DNA of 64,000 nucleotides from Lentisphaera marina (lineage in GTDB: Bacteria > Verrucomicrobiota > Lentisphaeria > Lentisphaerales > Lentisphaeraceae), in NCBI RefSeq assembly GCF_028745505.1, contig NZ_JAQZZL010000001.1, positions 1,421,818 through 1,485,817 of the forward strand. The letters are read 5' to 3'. The position numbers and the translations under genes are program-made. This document shows positions 9,637 to 17,202 of the stretch, in pieces; positions within the stretch are counted from its first letter, which is position 1; each line of letters starts with the position of its first letter. The notes beneath the pieces are model-generated. The model saw only the letters and a list, made by a program, of their open reading frames with translations, did not search any database and was not told the origin of the DNA.

Positions 9637-11421
9637 TTAAAATTGTATTCCATAGAGGGATAGAAAAAGTTCTTTTATGGCTTGCTGCCAAGCGGTGGGC
9701 CCGCTTTCGGTACATTTGATTGTATGAGGGGCAGATATTTCAAATGCAGCATGTTTTTTGTTAGGGATCAAAGCGCCTATGTCAGCTTTATTGAGCATTG
9801 TTTGATCATTAGGGCTATCTCCAAGGGCAACGACTAGCCAATGATCTGAAGTCTGTGTTTTAATATAATGGGATCGTAAGCTTTCAAGGGCGTCGGCTTT
9901 GTCGGCTTGTCCCATGAGGTGGATAAATTGACCGCCACGAATGACTCTGACGCCATGATCTTCGAGGCTCGCTTTGAACTCGGTGAAATTCTCAAAACTA
10001 TCATACCATAAGATAGGTTCAGTGGAATTGCGTTGTTTTGCTAAGTTCGCAGACTGTGGCTTAAGTCCAGTGGCAGAGCTTATTTCTTCCGCAGTCATAT
10101 CACTAAAACCAGTAAATTTATAATTGTGTTTCTGACGTAAGTTATGCGCTAGCTCTAAGATTGATTTTAAATCAATTGAACTTACAGAAATCTTGTAGTT
10201 TTCATGGTCGGGGTAAGCAATGATTCCACCGTTTTCAGCGACGATGGGTGTTGGTGGTGTTTTGAATTGTTGCTGAATTTGTTCAGCTAAAGGGATCATT
10301 TCCACAAGAGTTTTACTTGAATTGAAAATGACAGGGAAAGAAACTTTAGACAATTGTTCTAGGCTTTGATTGGCAGCTGCCCAACTATAGTTTTCATCTA
10401 GTAAGCTAGCGTCGAGGTCAGTAACCACTATGAGTTTAGACTTACTAATGTAGGGCGGCCAGTTTGATTCCTTATAAGATTGAGTATCGATCCCATGATT
10501 TTCGTTGAGATAAAAGGTGAGATCGCTTTTTTGAGGCATATCTTCAAGCATCCATCGAGTCAGCCTTTCATAGTGCATAATAAAGCGTTTCAACTGAGAG
10601 CTATTCATAATTTGAGAACTAGCACTCGGGTCAGTCTGTTGCTTTAATAATCGTTCTTCTTGTTGACTTCGCCATAGGTGAATACGTTCGAAATTGGGTG
10701 CTTTCAGCATAGCTAAATAGTCGAGTTTGCTGAAAAGGGCTTGGTAATCTTCCGTGAGTTGCTCGTTGATGTAGTGGCGCCAATGACCTTCTGGGTCCTC
10801 TAGCTGCTCTAGTTCATTAACATGTTTTTCTAGATGTTCGATGGCTTGTGGCTCGGCGCCAATACACCAACCTTCAAGAATAATGACATCAATAAATTGA
10901 TCTGGTAAATCGTCTCCATCGGGGAAGCGGTCATCTATGGCTTTATTGAATCTTGGGATTTGTATGTTTGAAATCTTTTCATCATCGGGTAGTGCCGTCA
11001 AACTGTCTAAGATTTGCTTAGCGAGTTGAAGGTCATGCGTGCCTGGGACCCCTCGCGTTTTTAAAAGTGGATGAATCGAATCGGCTAATTCGTCTCTTTC
11101 TTTTTTCGTCAAATAGAAATCATCAATGGAAAGAGTGATGACATTAAGGCCGTATTCCTGCAATAATTCTTTGAGTAAATCTGCGAGGGTTGATTTGCCA
11201 GTTCCTTGCGCACCATTGATGCCAAGAACAAAACTTTTCTTTTGCTGAGTTTTCTTTTCTTGTGACCATTGAAGTAAATTTAGGGACAATGGGAGGTAAT
11301 ACTGCCAAGCGGTACTTAAAAAAGAAGAAGGCAGTTCGTTCTTTTTGATGAATTTTTTTATAAAAGCTAAATGTGAGGAGGCTTTTTTACGCTCTGAGTC
11401 AAGCTTTGATTGGTCTTTCAT
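9637..11421 (-). CDS. Bifunctional protein: N-terminal P-loop D-glycerate 3-kinase-like domain (PRK/uridine-kinase fold) fused to C-terminal HAD-IIB glycosyl-3-phosphoglycerate phosphatase-like domain
   Basis: Walker A GINGAQGTGKSTL plus IDDFYLTKKER (glycerate-3-kinase family motif); C-terminus has HAD motif I VVTDLDASLLD and MpgP/GpgP-like cap region. Confidence 0.55.
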   Translation of the reverse strand: MKDQSKLDSERKKASSHLAFIKKFIKKNELPSSFLSTAWQYYLPLSLNLLQWSQEKKTQQKKSFVLGINGAQGTGKSTLADLLKELLQEYGLNVITLSIDDFYLTKKERDELADSIHPLLKTRGVPGTHDLQLAKQILDSLTALPDDEKISNIQIPRFNKAIDDRFPDGDDLPDQFIDVIILEGWCIGAEPQAIEHLEKHVNELEQLEDPEGHWRHYINEQLTEDYQALFSKLDYLAMLKAPNFERIHLWRSQQEERLLKQQTDPSASSQIMNSSQLKRFIMHYERLTRWMLEDMPQKSDLTFYLNENHGIDTQSYKESNWPPYISKSKLIVVTDLDASLLDENYSWAAANQSLEQLSKVSFPVIFNSSKTLVEMIPLAEQIQQQFKTPPTPIVAENGGIIAYPDHENYKISVSSIDLKSILELAHNLRQKHNYKFTGFSDMTAEEISSATGLKPQSANLAKQRNSTEPILWYDSFENFTEFKASLEDHGVRVIRGGQFIHLMGQADKADALESLRSHYIKTQTSDHWLVVALGDSPNDQTMLNKADIGALIPNKKHAAFEISAPHTIKCTESGPTAWQQAIKELFLSLYGIQF

Positions 11422-11495
11422 ACTTTCCCTTCATTTAGTTTTAGATACGATATAGAAGTTCTTGTGTCATCAATTAATACCTATATATCTATTTA

Positions 11496-11520
11496 AAAAG
11501 CGGGCCGAAGCCCGCTTTAT
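11496..11520 (-). terminator. Rho-independent terminator ending the cytochrome operon
   Basis: Perfect stem AAAGCGGGC-cgaa-GCCCGCTTT followed on the minus strand by TTTTT, right after the DUF3365 gene stop. Confidence 0.75.
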
Positions 11521-11528
11521 GTCATATC

Positions 11529-12128
11529 TTAGTTCATTGGAATACGTATAACAACTCCGCCCATGACTTCGCCCATAGCAAAGTCAGTTCTAGGACTATC
11601 TTTGTGATCGTTGTGGCAGTCGATGCATGCATCAGAAACTGCGACGTCCGGATAAACTGCAGTATAGAACTTTTTGCCACCGAGATCTTCAGTACCATAA
11701 AAGTTTTTACCTGGATTAGCACCAATGTATTTCAAGCCTTCTTTCTCCATGGGAGTCTTTGGAGCATTTTGCTTGTTAATAGGCCACTCTGACTGTAAAG
11801 AGTATGTGAAACCAGGGTTTTGTTCCATGGCTAGGTCACGTGCATAGCGGAACATTTGAGCTGGTAGCATGACACCATTTTCTTTGTCTTCCCATTTTTC
11901 GTGGGGTTTAATGATCTTCTTTTCTTTACCTAAGTTTTTAATAACGTGTTTCGTGTAGGCTGTACGAGTACCTTTCATAACGGCAAATAATGCATCGGCC
12001 ATTTTTTCTGGTTTTACACTTTCTTCTGCAGCTGCAGGAGCAGCGGCGGGTTCGGCAGGTTTGTTGCAAGAAGTTAAAAAGCTAGCTCCAAAAGCTAGAG
12101 TTAAACATGTTGTTGTGATGAATTTCAT
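11529..12128 (-). CDS. DUF3365 family haem-binding lipoprotein
   Basis: Lipobox LTSC, single CIDCH haem motif, overall match to the DUF3365 family that accompanies multihaem cytochrome operons. Confidence 0.6.
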   Translation of the reverse strand: MKFITTTCLTLAFGASFLTSCNKPAEPAAAPAAAEESVKPEKMADALFAVMKGTRTAYTKHVIKNLGKEKKIIKPHEKWEDKENGVMLPAQMFRYARDLAMEQNPGFTYSLQSEWPINKQNAPKTPMEKEGLKYIGANPGKNFYGTEDLGGKKFYTAVYPDVAVSDACIDCHNDHKDSPRTDFAMGEVMGGVVIRIPMN

Positions 12129-12222
12129 GATGGTTATTCCTTGAATTGACTATGGTGGTTATGCCTGCAAAATTGTTTTTCTTGTTGAGGTCGATAAATG
12201 TAATGTTTCTATATATGCCTCC

Positions 12223-13494
12223 TTATTCTCGTTCTTTCGCCCATTTGAGCGAGGGGATCTCTTTACTTGGAGATCGATTAAAATTGTGCTGAATGAGCTC
12301 CTCATCAGCAAGAGCGTTAATGGAAAATTCTAAACCGTGGCACTTCATGCACGCACTACGAATCATTTTTTCGTTGGGACGCAGATTATTATTTTGATTA
12401 TGATCGACGATGACCTTGCCATGTTTCTTTATTCGTGGCATGTGACAAGTTGCACAAGAGACACCTTTATTAAATTCGCCCATTTCGCTATCTATTCGCC
12501 AGTATGTGTAGTGCGGCGATTTTTTGTAGTTGAGTGAATGGCTATCATTATGGCATTTTAGGCAGGCATCCATGGCGGCAGTTCTTAAGCTAAAACGGTG
12601 GTCATTGTGGCAACTAATGCAGTTAACTTCGCGGTGTGCAGCAGAGGCTTTCATTTCTAAACGTGCATCAGCAACTTTCATTGCAGGTAGGCCAACACTT
12701 AAACGCATGCCATGGCGACCTTCTTGGAAAGATTTGCTCTCATCTTTATGGCATTTCTGGCAGGTTTGCCAAGGGACTTTATTGTTCCAAGTTTTGTCCT
12801 CTTCATTTTCATGGCATGCACGACAATTCACCCCAGCCGCCGCGTGAGCCGTGGAACTCCAGTCATGAAGGATTTGAGGATTAGGTAATTCGGGTGAATC
12901 GTGTTCTATGAGGGCTTTTTTCTTATCAATTTTTTTGTGGAGCGCCAACTCGCTAGCTGCGTGTAAGTGGTCATCTTCTCCGTAGTGATCGACTAAGAAG
13001 TCTTCGTATAAGGCACGGTTGTCGTGATAGTTGTGACAGCCTGCAGTTGCACAAGTCTGAAAATCTAAACCCTTATGGGATTCACGTTCTTCGCCAATTT
13101 CGCTGTGGCACTCGAGGCAATAATTTTCAGGTAGAGTGACGCCCATTTTCCCTGTAGAGTGAGGTACATGCTCGCTGTGGCAAGTGACGCACTTTCGTCC
13201 ATCTAATTTTTGAACCATTTCAAAATTACGAGGATCATTAAATTTATTAGCAGGGTGAGAATCCTGAGAGTCCTTTAAATCTTGTTGGTGACAATCGATG
13301 CAGGCATTTTCTTTAATACCCATATTGGGAGTATGGCAAGCATCGCATTTTAATTCGATTTGATAGTGACCATGGCTCGTTTCATTAGGTAGAAAGTTGG
13401 GCTTCAGTTCTTCATTGAGCAACTCATTTCCAAAGAAAATAGAAGCGAGGGTGCTGAGGATGATCCAAGCAAGTATGGGGATGAGTGTTTTCAT
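12223..13494 (-). CDS. Periplasmic multihaem cytochrome c (10-11 haem-binding motifs), membrane-anchored
   Basis: Motifs CDACH, CIDCH, CVTCH, CLECH, CATAGCH (CX4CH?), CRACH, CQKCH, CISCH, CLKCH, CATCH, CMKCH; N-terminal signal/anchor MKTLIPILAWIILSTLASIFF; ATG at 13494 overlaps the upstream stop (ATGA). Confidence 0.85.
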   Translation of the reverse strand: MKTLIPILAWIILSTLASIFFGNELLNEELKPNFLPNETSHGHYQIELKCDACHTPNMGIKENACIDCHQQDLKDSQDSHPANKFNDPRNFEMVQKLDGRKCVTCHSEHVPHSTGKMGVTLPENYCLECHSEIGEERESHKGLDFQTCATAGCHNYHDNRALYEDFLVDHYGEDDHLHAASELALHKKIDKKKALIEHDSPELPNPQILHDWSSTAHAAAGVNCRACHENEEDKTWNNKVPWQTCQKCHKDESKSFQEGRHGMRLSVGLPAMKVADARLEMKASAAHREVNCISCHNDHRFSLRTAAMDACLKCHNDSHSLNYKKSPHYTYWRIDSEMGEFNKGVSCATCHMPRIKKHGKVIVDHNQNNNLRPNEKMIRSACMKCHGLEFSINALADEELIQHNFNRSPSKEIPSLKWAKERE

Positions 13495-15434
13495 AATGAG
13501 AAATAGTAGGCTTGTAAGATGTGAAAAGTAATGAGCACGGGAATGGGCCAAAAGACGAGAAAATGAATAAAGGTGATTTGTCGACGCCAACGACGACAGA
13601 AAGCGGCAACTCTATTCGTTCCATAAAATTCAAAACTAGTGGTGAAACCCGTAATAACTCCAAATAAATTCATGGTAGTAAAAGTCCAGAATAAGTAGGC
13701 GTTGATATTTTTTCCTGGGTTGAACCCAGTATGAAGCATAAGGATGATAAGACTAATCAAAGCGAATACAGCATGAGAAACACGCCATAAGTTGTAGTTG
13801 CCAAAGCGGAAAAATTTAAAGCGCTTTCTTAGACTAATAGCAGCGGCAAATAAAGTGAATGCGAGGATTGAGAAACCAGTAATTTGTCTCCATAGGCCCG
13901 AGCGTAAAGTTTGACTGATTTTGTAAGAAGTAGAGTTGTAGGAATCTATATTCCAGTACACAGGAGAGAAATAGATTACAGCAAGAGCGACTACGCAAAG
14001 ACTTGAGAAGATTAGTAAGCCGCGGTTGGGTTTGTTTCGTAATTCAACTTCTTTGCCTGCGAGTTGGGCAATAAGGCCTTCGCAAGATCCACAAGCTGTA
14101 CAGGCACCAGTTTCTTTTTTGAGCGTATCAATATTGTTGTTACAGGTTTTGAAGCACTGAACAATTTCACCTTTAGAAACTTTGAGGCAGTTACAGATGA
14201 TTGTTTCGTCAGGCCATTTTTCAACTGAATCACTTATATTCCAAAAGCTACCCGTTTCTAAAAAGCTATTGATTTCTTCATCTGTTACTAGCATGCGGTT
14301 TTCGATAGCACTTTGAATACGACCAAGATCGGACCATTCACCGATGCCTATAGCGCCAACTAAATGCTTTTTGTCAAAGTTGAGCATGCGATAGCTAGTT
14401 TTATCTTTGTAGACTAAAGATTTAAATGGTTGAAGTGCAGCACCTAAGCTGACGACATTTTCTCCTAAAAGTTTGAGGCGGGTGGAGGTGTCGGCTCCTT
14501 CGAAAGTTTTTTCTTGACCAGAGAAGTTAGCCGCAAGAACTTCGGCCATTTTATAACCTGGAGCAACGAGGCCATAGACCGTGTTTTGGTGGCGAACGCA
14601 CTCACCCATAGCATAAACATTAGCTTCAGAAGTTTTTAGCTGGTCATCACAAATGATGCCTCCGCCAAGAGATACATCAATTTTAGCTTTTTCTGCTACT
14701 TGATGATTGGGACGAATACCTGCCGAAACAACGATGAGGTCACAGTTTATGCTTTCTCCATTTTTAAAGTGAATTTTTAGGCCAGTTTCTCCTCCGGAAA
14801 TTTCTTTACTGGCAGTCCCCGTGTGGACAGTGAAGCCTTTTTGTTCGATGCTTTCTTTTAAGCGTTCAGAGGCTTCGGGGGTTAATTGGCGCGGCATTAA
14901 AAAATCGGCCATTTCTACGATGTGAGTTTCTAAGCCCTGAGCTTGGAGGAAGTCAGCAGCTTCGATGCCTAATAAGCCACCACCAACGACGACGGCGGTC
15001 TTTTTATTTTCGGAAAAAGTGCGGATGGCATCCACGTCTTCGATAGTTCTATAAGTAAAAACACCTTTTTTTTCAACTCCAGGTATGGGAGGGAGAAAGG
15101 CGGATGAACCTGTTGCAAAAATTAGTTCATCATAGGGATACATTTGCCCAGAATCAGTTTTTACTATTTTGCTTTTGGGTTCAATTTGGGCAATGCTCTC
15201 ACCTAAGCGTAATTCAATGTCATTATCCTTAAACCATTTTTCATCACTGAGTTGGATACTTTTGAAATCCTTGTTACGTGCATAAGTTGTCAGTTGCACG
15301 CGATCGTAGGCTAGATGCTTTTCTTTACTGAAAATGATCAATTCATATTTGTTCATGAGACCAAGTTTTACAAATTGGTCACAGAAGTGCTTGGCAACCA
15401 TGCCAAAGCCGATGATGATCATTTTTTCTTTCAT
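13491..15434 (-). CDS. Fusion flavoprotein: NirB-like FAD/NAD(P)H pyridine-nucleotide-disulfide oxidoreductase plus BFD-like [2Fe-2S] domain plus C-terminal ferric-reductase-type (FRD) di-haem transmembrane domain
   Basis: FAD site IIGFGMVA, NAD site VVVGGGLLGIEAA, BFD cysteines CNC...CTACGSC; C-terminus has about 6 TM helices with His pairs spaced 14 residues apart (SHAVFALISLIILMLH; IHFLVFWPIPVLITFH) typical of bis-haem b ferric reductase domains. Confidence 0.7.
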   Translation of the reverse strand: MKEKMIIIGFGMVAKHFCDQFVKLGLMNKYELIIFSKEKHLAYDRVQLTTYARNKDFKSIQLSDEKWFKDNDIELRLGESIAQIEPKSKIVKTDSGQMYPYDELIFATGSSAFLPPIPGVEKKGVFTYRTIEDVDAIRTFSENKKTAVVVGGGLLGIEAADFLQAQGLETHIVEMADFLMPRQLTPEASERLKESIEQKGFTVHTGTASKEISGGETGLKIHFKNGESINCDLIVVSAGIRPNHQVAEKAKIDVSLGGGIICDDQLKTSEANVYAMGECVRHQNTVYGLVAPGYKMAEVLAANFSGQEKTFEGADTSTRLKLLGENVVSLGAALQPFKSLVYKDKTSYRMLNFDKKHLVGAIGIGEWSDLGRIQSAIENRMLVTDEEINSFLETGSFWNISDSVEKWPDETIICNCLKVSKGEIVQCFKTCNNNIDTLKKETGACTACGSCEGLIAQLAGKEVELRNKPNRGLLIFSSLCVVALAVIYFSPVYWNIDSYNSTSYKISQTLRSGLWRQITGFSILAFTLFAAAISLRKRFKFFRFGNYNLWRVSHAVFALISLIILMLHTGFNPGKNINAYLFWTFTTMNLFGVITGFTTSFEFYGTNRVAAFCRRWRRQITFIHFLVFWPIPVLITFHILQAYYFSL

Positions 15435-15533
15435 TATATAGATAAATTCAATTTAAAGTTTATTATAAAGAAGTCCCCGGGCCACCTCAGTGGAAGTTTG
15501 CAGGCGAAAACCAAGGCAGCCCGGGAGATTGTT

Positions 15534-16334
15534 TTATGCGTGCTTTTTCTTTAATTCTTCTTGTTCTTCTAAGAATGAAATCAAGTGCTCGCGGTAAGGG
15601 TAATAATCTGGATGATTTAGCAGTGTTTGACGGTCTCTAGGGCGAGGGAGGTCATTAATTAAAATATCTCCTAAAGTTGCCTTCGGACCATTAGTCATCA
15701 TAATGACACGGTCTGATAAATAGAGGGCCTCATCAACATCATGTGTCACCATAAGTGTAGTGAGTTTGTGTTCAGCATGAAGTTTAACGATAAGATCTTG
15801 TAGTTCGTACTTTGTGAGTGCATCGAGCATGCCTAAAGGCTCATCGAGTAACATGATTTTTGGCTTGAGGGCAAAAGCTCGGGCAATACCAACGCGTTGA
15901 CGCATGCCACTGGAAAGCTCTTTTGGTTTTTTCTCGATAGCTCCACCTAAACCCACGGCGTGAAGGTAATGCATAACAATTTCTTCTTTTTCTTTAGCTG
16001 ATGCATGTGGGTAAACTTTTTTTACACCGAGCATGACATTGTCATAAGCACTGAGCCAAGGAAGGAGGCTTGGAGCTTGGAAAACGACGCCACGATCAGG
16101 GCCAGGGCCATTGATTTCTTTATCGGCAACTGCAACAGAACCTTTGGTAATGTCGTTGAGCCCTGCGGCCATAGAGAGGATAGTTGACTTGCCACAGCCT
16201 GAGTGTCCGATGAGGCAAACAAATTCTGATTCTGGTATCTGTAAACTAAAGTCTTCTAAAACGACAAAAGGGCCTTTTTTAGTTTCGTAAACTTTACTTA
16301 AATTTGATAGGTCTAAATAACGGTTTTTATCCAT
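15534..16334 (-). CDS. Nitrate/bicarbonate-type ABC transporter ATP-binding protein (NrtD/CmpD-like)
   Basis: Walker A GHSGCGKST, signature LSSGMRQRVGIARA, Walker B IMLLDEP. Confidence 0.8.
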   Translation of the reverse strand: MDKNRYLDLSNLSKVYETKKGPFVVLEDFSLQIPESEFVCLIGHSGCGKSTILSMAAGLNDITKGSVAVADKEINGPGPDRGVVFQAPSLLPWLSAYDNVMLGVKKVYPHASAKEKEEIVMHYLHAVGLGGAIEKKPKELSSGMRQRVGIARAFALKPKIMLLDEPLGMLDALTKYELQDLIVKLHAEHKLTTLMVTHDVDEALYLSDRVIMMTNGPKATLGDILINDLPRPRDRQTLLNHPDYYPYREHLISFLEEQEELKKKHA

Positions 16335-16343
16335 GGTTTAACC

Positions 16344-17195
16344 TTAAATTGCTGCTGGAGCGATGTCAGGTAGCGGGTAACTGTTGCTATCTGTCGTCTC
16401 GTTTAATTTTTCTTTGCGCTTTTCTTCGTTTAAGAAGCTAATAACTTCTGCACGTAAGCGACGGAATTCTTCGTTTTTATTGAGAGTTTTACGATCTCTG
16501 GGGCGAGGAATATTGATTTCAAATGATGGGCCTAAAGTGGCATTTGGACCGATGCTTATAGGTATGATTCTGTCGGCCATGTAGAGGCCTTCATCCACAT
16601 CATTAGTGATGAGAACAATAGTCTTGCCAGTGGATTTCCAAATATCGAGGATTTGATCTTGAAGAACCGAACGAGTTAGGGCATCTAGAGCACTTAAAGG
16701 CTCGTCCATGAGCAAGATATCCGGATCCATAGAGAGGGCGCGTGCCACAGATACGCGTTGGCGCATCCCTCCTGATAACTCTTTAGGTTTTTTGTGAATC
16801 GCTGGGCTTAAGCTTACCATATCGACATACTTTTCAATGATGGCTTGTCGTTCAGTCTTTGATTTGTCTTTGTATATTTGGTTGACTGCTAAGCCCACAT
16901 TGCCCTCAACTGATAACCAAGGAAGTAGGGAGTAGTTTTGAAAAATAACACCACGGTCTGGTGCAGGACCAGTGACAGGTTCACCTTTACTTCTCACTTC
17001 ACCTTCACTTGGCTCGAGTAAGCCACCCATGAGGTTGATGAGTGTGGATTTGCCCATTCCAGAAAAACCTACGATGGCAACAAATTCCCCCTTTTTAATT
17101 TGAAGGTTAATATCTTTAAGGATTTCGGCGCGATTTTCCTTTTCGCCAAAATGTCTTGAGACATTATTGAGTTCTAAAATATAATCCATTTTCAA
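16344..17195 (-). CDS. Nitrate/bicarbonate-type ABC transporter ATP-binding protein (NrtC/CmpC-like, single domain)
   Basis: Walker A GFSGMGKST, signature LSGGMRQRVSVARA, Walker B LLMDEP. Confidence 0.8.
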   Translation of the reverse strand: MKMDYILELNNVSRHFGEKENRAEILKDINLQIKKGEFVAIVGFSGMGKSTLINLMGGLLEPSEGEVRSKGEPVTGPAPDRGVIFQNYSLLPWLSVEGNVGLAVNQIYKDKSKTERQAIIEKYVDMVSLSPAIHKKPKELSGGMRQRVSVARALSMDPDILLMDEPLSALDALTRSVLQDQILDIWKSTGKTIVLITNDVDEGLYMADRIIPISIGPNATLGPSFEINIPRPRDRKTLNKNEEFRRLRAEVISFLNEEKRKEKLNETTDSNSYPLPDIAPAAI

Positions 17196-17202
17196 ATCCA
17201 GG

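Noticed and set aside
12223-13590. Calling the multihaem cytochrome hydroxylamine oxidoreductase (Hao) or NrfA
   Set aside because: The haem-motif count (10-11) and absence of a CXXCK motif do not fit either family, so only a generic multihaem cytochrome call is supportable from sequence alone.
15468-15533. GC-rich element considered as a possible tRNA gene
   Set aside because: No acceptor-stem/T-arm (GTTCRA) geometry or anticodon-arm pattern; the structure is a nested hairpin only.
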